From: Candidatus Moraniibacteriota bacterium | Lineage (GTDB): Bacteria; Patescibacteriota; Minisyncoccia; Moranbacterales; UBA1568 | Direction of reading: 5' to 3' | NCBI GenBank assembly: GCA_016699425.1 | Contig: CP064975.1 | Coordinates: forward strand, 322,979 to 386,978 | Length of the DNA: 64,000 nt | The notes under the pieces: model-generated | Database searches by the model: none | Told to the model about the DNA's origin: nothing | The model's input: only the letters and a program-made list of their open reading frames with translations | Shown here: piece by piece, positions 1-9,532 of the stretch | Layout: each line of letters opens with the position of its first letter | Numbering within the stretch: the stretch's first letter is position 1 | Translations under genes and position numbers: made by a program

Positions 1-990
1 AAGGGAAGCGGGAAGGCGATCGTGATCGAAGGTGCTACAGAGCATAATCTGAAAAATGTGACTGTCGAGATCCCGCTGGGGAAATTTATCACGGTCTCGG
101 GTGTCTCGGGCTCGGGGAAGTCGACCTTGGTCCACGATATCCTCTCGCGGGCATTGTCTCGGCACTTCTATCAGGCGCGGACTGATCCGGGGGCGCATCG
201 GGCACTCAAGGGCATCGATCAGATCGATAAGGTCATCACGGTGACCCAGGATCCGATTGGCCGGACCCCGCGCTCGAATGCGGCGACCTATACGGGTATC
301 TTTAGCCTCGTCCGCGATGTCTTTGCCGCGACGCCGGAAGCCGTCAAGGATCGATATTCCGCTTCGTATTTCAGTTTCAATATGCGCGGCGGGCGCTGTG
401 AGGTCTGCCAGGGTGGGGGATTGAAGAAAATCGAGATGTATTTGCTCCCCGATATCTATATTCCATGCGAAGTCTGCGGGGGCACTCGGTACAATGCAAA
501 GACGCTCGCGATTCAGTATCGCGGACTGAATATCTCGGATGTCCTCCGCATGACAGTGACCGAAGCGCGGCATTTCTTCTTGGACCAGCCGATGATCGAA
601 GAGAAACTTCGCGTGCTCGAAGAAGTTGGTCTCGGCTATCTCGTCCTGGGCCAAAGTGCCCCCAATCTCTCAGGCGGTGAGGCCCAGCGGATCAAGCTGG
701 CGACAGAACTGGCACGCAAATCAACTGGCAAAACGCTCTATATCCTCGACGAGCCAACCATCGGTCTTCACTTCGAAGACGTCCGCCGGCTGCTCGAGGT
801 CTTGAATGCACTCGTCGACAAAGGGAATACGGTGCTCGTCGTCGAACACAACACCGATGTCATCCGGGCCTCGGATTGGGTCATCGATATGGGGCCGGAG
901 GGCGGGGACCGGGGCGGGGAACTGGTGTTTTGCGGCGTTCCCGAGAAATTAAAGAAATCAAAAGCGGGCTTCACCGGAAAGTATCTGTAA
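1..990 (+). CDS. uvrA: Excinuclease ABC subunit A, C-terminal fragment (5' end lies upstream of window)
   Basis: Frame open from nt 1. Second ABC domain signature LSGGEAQRIKLA plus Walker B ILDEPTIGLH, and the UvrA C-terminal zinc module (CEVCQGGG...CEVCGG). Confidence 0.85.
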   Translation, partial: KGSGKAIVIEGATEHNLKNVTVEIPLGKFITVSGVSGSGKSTLVHDILSRALSRHFYQARTDPGAHRALKGIDQIDKVITVTQDPIGRTPRSNAATYTGIFSLVRDVFAATPEAVKDRYSASYFSFNMRGGRCEVCQGGGLKKIEMYLLPDIYIPCEVCGGTRYNAKTLAIQYRGLNISDVLRMTVTEARHFFLDQPMIEEKLRVLEEVGLGYLVLGQSAPNLSGGEAQRIKLATELARKSTGKTLYILDEPTIGLHFEDVRRLLEVLNALVDKGNTVLVVEHNTDVIRASDWVIDMGPEGGDRGGELVFCGVPEKLKKSKAGFTGKYL

Positions 991-1001
991 TCAATCTCGC
1001 T

Positions 1002-1925
1002 ATGCTCAGGAAGGCGGCTTTGGCGACGATCGCTTACTACGACGCATTGGAGTACCCATTGACGGAATTCGAAGTCTGGAAGCATCTGGTGACGACGCGG
1101 GATGATCCGATGACAGGTTGTCCGATACTTGGCCAAGTCGCGGCCGCACTCGACGGACTCGTTCATGATCGTGTGGTGTCCCGCTGCCAGGGCTTTGTGA
1201 TATTGCCTGGGCGAGAGGCCTTGATACAGGAACGGATCCGGAGCGAGAAATACTCTGTCCCCAAGATCAAGCGCGCCACTCGGTTGGTTCGATTCATCGC
1301 TTGGGTTCCGTTTGTCAGACTCATCGCTTTGACAGGCAGTCTCTCGATGAAGTACGGGGATCGCGACAGTGACTGGGATCTGTTCGTCGTCCTCCGACAG
1401 GGGGCGATCTGGCGCGGCCGGACAGCACTCTCGCTCGTGCTTCAGCTCATGGGGAAGCGCCGCCATGGACAACACATCGAGAACCGGGCTTGCCTGAATC
1501 ATTTTGTGACCGATGGCAGTTTGGAGATCACCATGCAGGATTACTTTTCGGCGAGCGAATACCGTTTCATGTATACGCTCTTCGGCCGTGAAACCGAACG
1601 GCGTTTCGAACTTGCAAACCGTTGGATGGCTCGGATCAAACCGACCTATCAGCCAACCGTCTTGCCGAACCATTGGCTTCGTCCCGTCTCGCGTTTCCAA
1701 AGCCAATGGCAGCAGTGGCTTGAGCGTGCGCTTGACTGGCCAGGCTATGAAGCGTACCTGTCTCGTTGGCAGAGAGGGAAGATCGCGCGCAATCCGAAAA
1801 CACAGACTCCAGGTGCCTTCATCATCGCGACGGACGAGGCGCTCATCTTCCTGCCACATCCCAAGGGACCAGTCGTCTTCGATCGCTTCAAGGAACGGCT
1901 GACCATCCATGGACTCTCGGCCTGA
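1002..1925 (+). CDS. Pol-beta superfamily nucleotidyltransferase-fold protein, function unknown
   Basis: ATG at residue 43 of the ORF-track frame, immediately after the uvrA stop. GS-x9-DSDWDLFVV matches the G[GS]-x(9-13)-D-x-D nucleotidyltransferase motif. No partner effector, HEPN or kinase gene lies adjacent. Confidence 0.5.
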   Translation: MLRKAALATIAYYDALEYPLTEFEVWKHLVTTRDDPMTGCPILGQVAAALDGLVHDRVVSRCQGFVILPGREALIQERIRSEKYSVPKIKRATRLVRFIAWVPFVRLIALTGSLSMKYGDRDSDWDLFVVLRQGAIWRGRTALSLVLQLMGKRRHGQHIENRACLNHFVTDGSLEITMQDYFSASEYRFMYTLFGRETERRFELANRWMARIKPTYQPTVLPNHWLRPVSRFQSQWQQWLERALDWPGYEAYLSRWQRGKIARNPKTQTPGAFIIATDEALIFLPHPKGPVVFDRFKERLTIHGLSA

Positions 1926-1939
1926 TATGGTGGGTCTGC

Positions 1940-1952
1940 GTGGTATACTGAA
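1940..1952 (+). promoter_or_regulatory. Extended -10 promoter element (TGGTATACTGAAA) about 30 nt upstream of pilC
   Basis: TG-n-TATACT motif. The same TGGTATACTGA block recurs before the receiver gene (46114), rnhA (49328) and, in part, secD. Confidence 0.35.
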
Positions 1953-1981
1953 ACAAAAGAAACACCAACCAGAAAACGGCT

Positions 1982-3205
1982 ATGCCGAAGTATTTATATA
2001 CAGCCAAGAATATAGCGTCCGGGGAGACGAAGGGGGGCGAGATCAGTGGCAAGGATGAGAAACAGGTCGCCCAGGAACTCCGGACTCAAGGGTTTCTCGT
2101 CACGTCTATCAAATGCATCGAAGCGGCCTCGGACGGGACGCAGGTCAAGTTTCTTGATCGTTTCCGGACGGTTCCGCTCAAGGAGAAAATGGTCTTCACC
2201 CGAAACCTCGCAGTTATGGTTTCATCGGGCCTGACGGTGTCGCGGGCGATCCATAATCTCTCCGTCCAGACCCGGAATCGGTATTTTCAGAAAATCCTCT
2301 TGAGCGTCTATGACGACGTCCAAGCTGGCAAGCAGCTCTCTGAGGGCCTGGCCAAGTATCCGGCGGTGTTCAACGAGCTCTTCGTCAATATGATTTCGGT
2401 CGGCGAAGTTTCAGGTAATCTCGAGGAAGTCCTCGAGATCCTGGCGCTGCAGCTGGAGAAAGAGAATGACCTTCTGTCCAAGGTCCGGGGTGCGATGATT
2501 TATCCCGCGGTGATCGTCGTCGCGATGATCGGTATCGCGACCCTGATGCTGACCTATATCCTCCCCAAGATCACGGGAGTGTTTATGGATATGGATGTGA
2601 AGCTGCCGGCGACAACCCTTTTCATCATCCACTTGTCTGATCTACTCCGAGCGCATTGGCTCATCGCGATCCTCCTCGTCATCGGAGCCGTCGTCGGTTT
2701 CCGGGCAGCAGCGAAGACCGAGGCTGGCGGGTACGCCATTGATTGGCTTGTCATCCGGCTGCCAATCGTCGGCAATATCATAGTCAAGGTGAATTGTGCC
2801 CGTTTTGCGCGTATCCACAGCTCACTTCTCAAGAGCGGCGTCTCGGTCATCAACGCACTGACCATCGTGTCACGGACACTGGGCAATGTCCACTACAAAG
2901 AAGCCCTCGTTCAGGGTATCGAAGAAGTTCAGAAGGGGACGGAGCTTTCCAAGATCATCGAGCGGTATCCGGTACTGTTTCCCATTCTGGTGCCGCAGAT
3001 CATCCAAGTGGGAGAGGAGACCGGAAAAACGGAGAACGTGTTGCAGCGGTTGGCAGAGTTCTATGAGGAAGAGGTCTCGCAGATCACCAAAAACATGTCA
3101 TCAATCATCGAGCCGATCCTCATGCTCCTCATCGGAGGTATGGTCGGGTTTATGGCGGTGGCGATGCTCCAGCCGATGTACAGCGTTCTCGAAAACATCC
3201 AGTAG
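1982..3205 (+). CDS. pilC: Type IV pilus assembly platform protein PilC (GspF family)
   Basis: 407 aa. Typical T2SS-F/PilC N-terminus and two GspF repeats (VGEVSGNLEEVLE..., VGEETGKTENVLQRLAEFYEEE), polytopic. Confidence 0.85.
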   Translation: MPKYLYTAKNIASGETKGGEISGKDEKQVAQELRTQGFLVTSIKCIEAASDGTQVKFLDRFRTVPLKEKMVFTRNLAVMVSSGLTVSRAIHNLSVQTRNRYFQKILLSVYDDVQAGKQLSEGLAKYPAVFNELFVNMISVGEVSGNLEEVLEILALQLEKENDLLSKVRGAMIYPAVIVVAMIGIATLMLTYILPKITGVFMDMDVKLPATTLFIIHLSDLLRAHWLIAILLVIGAVVGFRAAAKTEAGGYAIDWLVIRLPIVGNIIVKVNCARFARIHSSLLKSGVSVINALTIVSRTLGNVHYKEALVQGIEEVQKGTELSKIIERYPVLFPILVPQIIQVGEETGKTENVLQRLAEFYEEEVSQITKNMSSIIEPILMLLIGGMVGFMAVAMLQPMYSVLENIQ

Positions 3206-3211
3206 TACCCT

Positions 3212-4594
3212 ATGCAATACCTGAGTCAGCGGAGATGGCACCGAAGGGGGTTCACCCTCATTGAAGCGCTGGTGTTTCTTTTCCTTTTTGCATTGATCAC
3301 GACCGTGTTCTTTCAGACCTTCGCCTATGGCACGGCGCTCATCCAGCAGTCGAAGAACCGGCTGGGAGCCATCGCGCTCGCCAATCAGAAGATGGAGATC
3401 GTCCGGAGTCTGGACTATGACAATATCGGGACAATCTCAGGCATCCCCGCTGGCGATATCGCACAGGACGAAACAGTTCAGGTGAACAATATGCACTATG
3501 AGGTGCATACGTTCATCCAATATGTCGATGATGCCTATGACGGCACGCTGGGTGGCAGCCCGAATGATCTCGTTCCCAATGATTCCAAACGGGTGCGCAT
3601 CGAAGTCGTTTGGGGAGACGAAAGCGAAGCGGAAAAGGTGGCGCTCTTTTCGACCTTTGCTCCGCCGGGCATCGAGCAGTCCGTGGGTGGCGGCATCTTG
3701 TCGATCAATATCCTCGACTCAGAGGGCAACGGTCTGTCGGGCGCGACGGTGCATATCACCAATAGTTCGGTCAGCCCATCGATAGACGTGACGACGACGA
3801 CGGATGCGACGGGCAATCTTTTCCTCATTGGCGCCCCGGCGAGTTCTCAGGGGTACCACGTGACCTTTTCGAAGGGGGGTCATTTCGGGAGCGCCACGTA
3901 TGCGCCGTATCCGACGACGGCTTTTATCCCGGTGGATGTCCATGCTTCGGTCGTGAACGCAGTCGTGAATCAAGCTTCCTTCGTGATGGATCAGTCCTCG
4001 ACGCTTGAGCTTCGGACGAAGGATCCGTTCGATGCGGATATCCCAGATATCGATTATCGAATCGATGGCGGTCGCCAGATCGGGACGCAGTCGGGGACGG
4101 GCGTGGCGGTATTAGATTTCGGGATGGATGATTCGACCGATACGGATGGCGAACATGACTACGCCAATCGTAGCTACGGCAGTTATACCTGGACGCTTGA
4201 TCCTGGAGAGACCGGGTACACGTTCATTCGTCTCGAGCCTGAGTCGACCTCGGCCCCAAACCTCATCCCGTTGGCGCCGGGAACGACTCAAGGAGTGGCG
4301 ATGATTCTCGCCGACGAAGCCGTGAATGGAGTCCTCTTCACCGTGACAAATTCCACTGATGCGACGGAGGTTAGCGGTGCGTCGGTCCAGCTCACCAACA
4401 CGACGCTCACGTATGATGAGACGGTCACCACGAGTCAATATGGAAAAGCCTATTTCCCCGAGACGGCGACGCCGGGTATGGTCGCCGCGACCTATGATTA
4501 TGAGATTACGGCTGCGGGGTACGATACTGAAACGGGGACGGTCACGGTCACTGCCGGACTCGAACCGATAACCGTCGATCTGACTCCATCTTGA
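3212..4594 (+). CDS. Large prepilin-type (pseudopilin) protein with carboxypeptidase-regulatory-like beta domains
   Basis: N-terminal prepilin cleavage/methylation motif RRGFTLIEALVFLF. C-terminal Thr/Ser-rich beta-repeat region. Confidence 0.6.
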   Translation: MQYLSQRRWHRRGFTLIEALVFLFLFALITTVFFQTFAYGTALIQQSKNRLGAIALANQKMEIVRSLDYDNIGTISGIPAGDIAQDETVQVNNMHYEVHTFIQYVDDAYDGTLGGSPNDLVPNDSKRVRIEVVWGDESEAEKVALFSTFAPPGIEQSVGGGILSINILDSEGNGLSGATVHITNSSVSPSIDVTTTTDATGNLFLIGAPASSQGYHVTFSKGGHFGSATYAPYPTTAFIPVDVHASVVNAVVNQASFVMDQSSTLELRTKDPFDADIPDIDYRIDGGRQIGTQSGTGVAVLDFGMDDSTDTDGEHDYANRSYGSYTWTLDPGETGYTFIRLEPESTSAPNLIPLAPGTTQGVAMILADEAVNGVLFTVTNSTDATEVSGASVQLTNTTLTYDETVTTSQYGKAYFPETATPGMVAATYDYEITAAGYDTETGTVTVTAGLEPITVDLTPS

Positions 4595-5244
4595 TGACCG
4601 AACAACGTATGTCGCTGTTTCAAAAACACCTCAAAGGGATGACTTTAGTCGAGATGCTCGTGGCGATTTTCATTATGGGTATCGGTACTATTGGCTTTAC
4701 ACTCCTCTTTTCGAGCAGCTGGAAGACGAATAAGTTCATCCTTGAGACCGGGGTGACGGCGGTCCAGGTGAACCGGGCCTCGAGCGACATCATCAACAAC
4801 CTTCGCAAAGTTCGTCAGGCCGATAATGGCGATTATCCCATCGAGTCAGGCGATGATTTCGATATCCAGGTGTATCTCGACATCGATAATGATGGGGTGA
4901 CGGAACGGGTGCACTATTGGCTCGATACAGCCAATGATCAGCTGATGCGTGGCGTGCGCGAGCCATCGGCGGCGACACCACCGACGTATGCGTCAGGGGA
5001 CGGCACGACGAGCATTATCGCGAACTACATCGTCAATGAAGCGGCTCAGCCCGTGTTCTACTACTATAATGAGAACTATCCGGGTGATACCGTGAACAAT
5101 CCGATCGCGACACCGATTGCCATCGAGGATGTGCGGCTCGTCCGGGTGCTCCTCCGGATGAATATCGATCCGATCAAGGCGCCGAATAATATCAATGTGG
5201 AATCCTTCGTGGACCTCCGTAACTTGGAATCCTATGACAACTAG
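4591..5244 (+). CDS. Prepilin-type N-terminal cleavage/methylation domain protein (pseudopilin)
   Basis: KGMTLVEMLVAIFIMGIG N-terminus (G-M-T-L-V-E). 4-nt overlap with the upstream gene. Confidence 0.65.
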   Translation: MMTEQRMSLFQKHLKGMTLVEMLVAIFIMGIGTIGFTLLFSSSWKTNKFILETGVTAVQVNRASSDIINNLRKVRQADNGDYPIESGDDFDIQVYLDIDNDGVTERVHYWLDTANDQLMRGVREPSAATPPTYASGDGTTSIIANYIVNEAAQPVFYYYNENYPGDTVNNPIATPIAIEDVRLVRVLLRMNIDPIKAPNNINVESFVDLRNLESYDN

Positions 5245-5251
5245 CCGACCG

Positions 5252-6688
5252 ATGAGAAGCCAGCGCGGGAGTGCGCTCGTCTACGGTCTCATCATTATGG
5301 CCGTGGTGCAGATCATTCTCGTGTCCATCATCCAATTCGTCACCTCCAACATTAAGTACTCGCTCCAGATCCGCTCGCGTGAGCAGTCGATCCAAATTGC
5401 CGAAGCAGGGATCGATTTCTATCGTTGGTATCTGGCGCACAATGTCGAAGGGAAGACGGCCTCGCAGATCCAGGCGTTCTGGACGAGCGGAACCGCCTAT
5501 GGAGTGGGGACCCCGTACGAACATGATTACTCGGATCCATCGGGCGGAGTGGTTGGACGGTATCGTCTGGAAGTGACGCCGCCGACCACGGGATCGACTA
5601 TTGCGATTGTGAAGTCCACCGCCTGGACTTATCGGTATCCGGATCTGGTCCGCGTCCTCCAAGTCCGGCTCAGGCGGCCGTCTTGGAGTGAGAGTGCTGT
5701 CTTGGCGAATGACTTCATGCGTTTTGGGGCAGGCACCGAAGTATTCGGGAAAATTCACTCGAATGTCGGAATCCGCTTTGATGGTGTTGCCCACAATGTC
5801 ATCACGAGTGCAGTTACCGATTACAATGACCCGGACCATACCGGCGGCAATGAGTTCGGGGTGCATACCCATGATTCACCGACGGATCCCTTGCCCCCGG
5901 CTGCTGTCCCGGCTCGAACGGATGTCTTCGAGGCAGGCCGACAGTTTCCGGTAGCCACGATCGATTTCAACGGCGTCTTGGGCGACCTCAGTCTGATGAA
6001 GACAGCGGCTCAGGGAACAGGGTCGTATTACAATGGTACGGGCGCGAATAATCTCGGGACGCGGATCATTTTGAAATCCAACGGAACATACGATACGTGT
6101 AAAGTGAACACGTATAACACGAGTTATTCGATAACGAGGTATACCCGGAACAGCGGGAGTGGTACGTGTAACTCATGTTCCGGGCTCTGTCTCAGCAATC
6201 ATTCGATACCCGATGATGGAGTGATATTTGTCGAGGACAATGCCTGGGTGGAGGGGACGATCAATGACCGGAAGGTGACGATCGCGGCGGCAGATCTTTT
6301 GGGCGGACCGGCTCCATCGGTCTATATCCTGAACGATATTCGGTATACGAATACTGATGGGCGCGACATCATTGGCATCGTTGGTCAGAACAATATCGAA
6401 ATCGCCTGGGCGAGTGAGAACGACCTCCGGATCGATGCCGCACTCTTGGCGCAACAGGGGCGAGTCGGTCGTGAACACTACGTCGATAAGGGCTACTCGC
6501 CCGACTCGAAATCTGTCATCACTGTGTACGGTGCCATCGCGACCAATCTTCGCTACGGTTTTGCCTGGACCGATGGAACGGGCTATACGACGCGCAACCT
6601 GTACTACGATAACAACCTCTTGTACTACCCGCCACCGTATTTTCCGACAGGGACACAGTACGAGCTCGATCTCTGGGAAGAATTGTAG
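5252..6688 (+). CDS. PilX-like minor-pilin N-terminal domain protein
   Basis: MRSQRGSALVYGLIIMAVV resembles the PilX N-terminus M(K)RQRGAALV. Start chosen at ORF residue 20 to avoid overlapping the upstream stop. The large Gly/Thr/Asn-rich C-terminal region is extracellular-like. Confidence 0.5.
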   Translation: MRSQRGSALVYGLIIMAVVQIILVSIIQFVTSNIKYSLQIRSREQSIQIAEAGIDFYRWYLAHNVEGKTASQIQAFWTSGTAYGVGTPYEHDYSDPSGGVVGRYRLEVTPPTTGSTIAIVKSTAWTYRYPDLVRVLQVRLRRPSWSESAVLANDFMRFGAGTEVFGKIHSNVGIRFDGVAHNVITSAVTDYNDPDHTGGNEFGVHTHDSPTDPLPPAAVPARTDVFEAGRQFPVATIDFNGVLGDLSLMKTAAQGTGSYYNGTGANNLGTRIILKSNGTYDTCKVNTYNTSYSITRYTRNSGSGTCNSCSGLCLSNHSIPDDGVIFVEDNAWVEGTINDRKVTIAAADLLGGPAPSVYILNDIRYTNTDGRDIIGIVGQNNIEIAWASENDLRIDAALLAQQGRVGREHYVDKGYSPDSKSVITVYGAIATNLRYGFAWTDGTGYTTRNLYYDNNLLYYPPPYFPTGTQYELDLWEEL

Positions 6689-6753
6689 CAGTGGCGCATG
6701 GTATGATTGAAAGAAGAGAAATACAGATACGACAGTAAACAAACATATTCGGT

Positions 6754-7848
6754 ATGAGTTTTTTTCGGAAGAAGGTATTCAATCTCTTTCCCCAGCCGTT
6801 CGGTCTGGATTTGTCCGATCTTTCCGTCAAGGCTATTTGGCTGGAGCGTGAGGGGGATGAAGAAATCGTCTCGAGCTTCGGTTCGGTCCCGATTGCTCTC
6901 GGGAGTATCGTCGACGGTGATATCGTCAAAGAGGAAGTCGTGGCGCAGGCGATCCGGGAGCTCTTGGACAAGACGCAGCCTAAGCCGGTGAAGACGAGGA
7001 AAGTCATCTGCTCGCTCCCTGAAACGAAGGCGTTCCTCCGGGTGGTTTCCCTCCCGACGATGGAACCGGAAGAAGTGAAGGAAGCGATCAAATGGGAAAT
7101 CGAAGCGAATATCCCGCTCACACTGGATCAGGTGTACTACGACTATCAAGTTCTCGATCGCAAACTGTCGAAGGAGAAGAACAAGATGAGTGTCCTCGTC
7201 GTCGCGGTGGCCCGCTCCATGGTCGATCAGATCCATGGCCTGCTTGAAAAAGCCGGGCTCGAGGTCGTCGGGCTTGAGACCGAGTCGATCGCTCAGGCGC
7301 GCAGTCTCCTCGTCGACCGTGATGAGGACAAGACTCGGCTCATCGTGGATATCGGCGACCGGCGTACGAGCTTCCTCGTTGCCATTGGCCACACGCCGTG
7401 TTTCACATCGAGTATCCCGCTCTCGTCTCAGATGATCACAGACGCGATTTCAAAAGAGATGCGCATCCCGTTCGAAGAAGCCGAGGCGATGAAGATCAAA
7501 TACGGTCTCGGATCACTCGCGATGAAGAGTCCGCTCTTCAAAGCGGCCCAGCCGATACTCGAAAACCTCGCGGTGGAGATTGAACGTTCGATGAATTTCT
7601 ATCTCACGAATCTCGGTTATTCGGCCGCCATCGATAACGTCGTGCTTTGCGGCGGCGGCTCGAACATGCGTGGTCTCTTGCCCTACCTCACCAAGCGTCT
7701 GAATCTCACCGTGGAGTTTGGCAACCCATGGCTCAATATCAAACTCGGTCGGACACTGCCGCCCATCGATCGAGGTCGCTCCGTTCAGTACTCGACCGCT
7801 ATCGGCCTCGCGCTCCGGGGCTTGGATGAATATGAAGATCTTACTTAA
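6754..7848 (+). CDS. pilM: Type IV pilus assembly ATPase-fold protein PilM
   Basis: Actin-like ATPase fold (FtsA/PilM): ...LVVDIGDRRTSFLV..., ...VLCGGGSNMRGL... Confidence 0.85.
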   Translation: MSFFRKKVFNLFPQPFGLDLSDLSVKAIWLEREGDEEIVSSFGSVPIALGSIVDGDIVKEEVVAQAIRELLDKTQPKPVKTRKVICSLPETKAFLRVVSLPTMEPEEVKEAIKWEIEANIPLTLDQVYYDYQVLDRKLSKEKNKMSVLVVAVARSMVDQIHGLLEKAGLEVVGLETESIAQARSLLVDRDEDKTRLIVDIGDRRTSFLVAIGHTPCFTSSIPLSSQMITDAISKEMRIPFEEAEAMKIKYGLGSLAMKSPLFKAAQPILENLAVEIERSMNFYLTNLGYSAAIDNVVLCGGGSNMRGLLPYLTKRLNLTVEFGNPWLNIKLGRTLPPIDRGRSVQYSTAIGLALRGLDEYEDLT

Positions 7849-8389
7849 CCTCTTGCCTGAAACAAAGAAGGACGAGCTCGTGCGGAAATTCCGTTACCGG
7901 TTTTTCCTGTGGCAGACGACGCTCGTACTCCTCCTCGAGCTGTACTATATCGTCATCCTCGGCGGGATCTATACGATCCTGAATTATCAGGTGAAGGTCG
8001 GTCAGGACACGCTGGCGGCTTTCGAACAGTATAACGAGGAAGCGAAGCAGCTCGTTAATTATCAGGAAGAGTTCAAACGAGTCAATGCGGAGACAGAGAA
8101 TGTCGCCCGGTATCAGCGGTCACACCTGCATTGGAGTACGCTCTTCGCATCGCTTCAGCGGCTCGCCCCCGAAGGCGTCGTCATCATCGAACTCATGACC
8201 AAGGACTATACAGTCTCGATCGCCGGTCAAGCTGGTACGCGCGATCAGTTCCTGCAGTTCGAGGCGGCGCTGAAGGAAGATGAATGCGTGAGTGATGTGC
8301 GGGTTCCTATTTCGAATCTCTTTTCGCAGAAGGAGATCGACTTCCAAATCGACTTCAAGCTCCGGCGAGAGTGCCTGATCCAATCCTGA
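7826..8389 (+). CDS. pilN: PilN-like pilus assembly protein
   Basis: Internal ATG (MNMKILLNLLPETKK) overlapping the pilM 3' end. One TM plus coiled coil, in the PilN position after pilM. Confidence 0.6.
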   Translation: MNMKILLNLLPETKKDELVRKFRYRFFLWQTTLVLLLELYYIVILGGIYTILNYQVKVGQDTLAAFEQYNEEAKQLVNYQEEFKRVNAETENVARYQRSHLHWSTLFASLQRLAPEGVVIIELMTKDYTVSIAGQAGTRDQFLQFEAALKEDECVSDVRVPISNLFSQKEIDFQIDFKLRRECLIQS

Positions 8390-8394
8390 TACCT

Positions 8395-9147
8395 ATGTCG
8401 AATCCAATGTGGGACAAACTGAAGCCGACGGTGATGCAGCTCACCCTCTTTGTGACGATCGGGTTGATCGCCTGGTTCGGTGTTCGTGCGCTCCTTTCCA
8501 CAATTCAGACGAAGATGGATGATATTCAAAAGCATGCGGTGACGCGCGAGCATCGGGAGAAGCAGCTGGATCGTCTGCCAGAGCTCGAAGCGCAGCACGG
8601 GCTCATCACCGAGCACGTCGGAGACCTCGGGATTGTCCTGACCAAGGATCGACTCGTTGAGTTTATCGAGGTGCTGGAGCGATTGGCCGAGGATGAAGCG
8701 GTCGCAATCGAAATCGAATCCCGCGACAATGCGTTCCTCGAAAGCAAGATCACGGCGACGGAAAAGAAATCAGGCACGCCGAAAGTGGCGACTCCAGGCG
8801 CTGGAAAAGACGATGCTGTCGACGAGCCAGTCAAGGCAGGGAATCCGGTGAACAAAGAAACTGGAATTATCACCGACCTCCCCCTCAAGAAATACCTGAA
8901 GCTGACAATCATAGTCACTGGTAAATACGGCGATATCGTCCGTTACTTGCATCGCCTTGAGTCACTGCCCTATGCGCTCGATGTCATCGGGCTGAATATC
9001 AAGGCCAAGTCAAAGGATGACATCGGCCTCGTTCCAGAGTCCGGTACTCTCGATCCTTTCGGTGCAACCCCAATTGAAACCGTGAAGAGACCAGAGACAG
9101 ATACACTCAATGCGGTGTTCGAGACGGTCGTCTATATGAATGATTAA
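8395..9147 (+). CDS. pilO: PilO-like pilus assembly protein
   Basis: Start MSNPMW 5 nt after the pilN stop. One N-terminal TM followed by coiled-coil and beta domains. Assigned by order after pilM/pilN. Confidence 0.5.
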   Translation: MSNPMWDKLKPTVMQLTLFVTIGLIAWFGVRALLSTIQTKMDDIQKHAVTREHREKQLDRLPELEAQHGLITEHVGDLGIVLTKDRLVEFIEVLERLAEDEAVAIEIESRDNAFLESKITATEKKSGTPKVATPGAGKDDAVDEPVKAGNPVNKETGIITDLPLKKYLKLTIIVTGKYGDIVRYLHRLESLPYALDVIGLNIKAKSKDDIGLVPESGTLDPFGATPIETVKRPETDTLNAVFETVVYMND

Positions 9148-9485
9148 TGTGCGTTATGAAGTTTTCACTCAAACACCTCTCATTGGGATCGGTTCGGAAA
9201 CGCGGGCTGTATTTCTGGATCCGGCATTACAAGACGTTGTTCTCGTTTTGCTTCCTCCTCATCTCGGGCTTTGTCGCCTATCAGTGGCACAGAGACCTCT
9301 ATCGCTATCAGTGGACCGACGGGGAGCGTAAGGCGTATCTGGAACAGACCGCGAAAGAAACCGCCTTTCAAGAAAAGAAATTCCTCGAAGTCTTGGAATG
9401 GCTGGATCAGGATCGGACGGCCCATGCGATGAAGCTTGAGACCGGGAGAAACCTCTTCGATGGAGCGAGGGCGAAGAAACCATAA
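9147..9485 (+). CDS. Small membrane-anchored hypothetical protein (possibly pilus-associated)
   Basis: ATG overlaps the pilO stop (TAATG). One TM (LFSFCFLLISGFVAY) and a charged C-terminal tail. Confidence 0.35.
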   Translation: MCVMKFSLKHLSLGSVRKRGLYFWIRHYKTLFSFCFLLISGFVAYQWHRDLYRYQWTDGERKAYLEQTAKETAFQEKKFLEVLEWLDQDRTAHAMKLETGRNLFDGARAKKP

Positions 9486-9487
9486 CC

Positions 9488-9516
9488 TTGACGCTCGCGT
9501 GCTGCTAGGGTAAAAT
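9488..9516 (+). promoter_or_regulatory. Sigma70-like promoter TTGACG-17-TAAAAT upstream of rlmN (very short leader)
   Basis: TTGACGctcgcgtgctgctagggTAAAAT. The rlmN ATG lies about 16 nt after the -10 element. Confidence 0.4.
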
Positions 9517-9532
9517 ATGCGGACGCTCACCT

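Noticed and set aside
768-1910. 380-aa minus-strand ORF antisense to the uvrA 3' end and the nucleotidyltransferase-fold gene
   Set aside because: It fully overlaps two well-supported plus-strand genes. Long antisense ORFs are expected in GC-rich coding DNA. It has no RBS or motif.
6625-7392. 255-aa minus-strand ORF antisense to pilM
   Set aside because: It overlaps a conserved PilM coding region. Arg/Asp-rich, low-complexity translation typical of antisense GC-rich frames.
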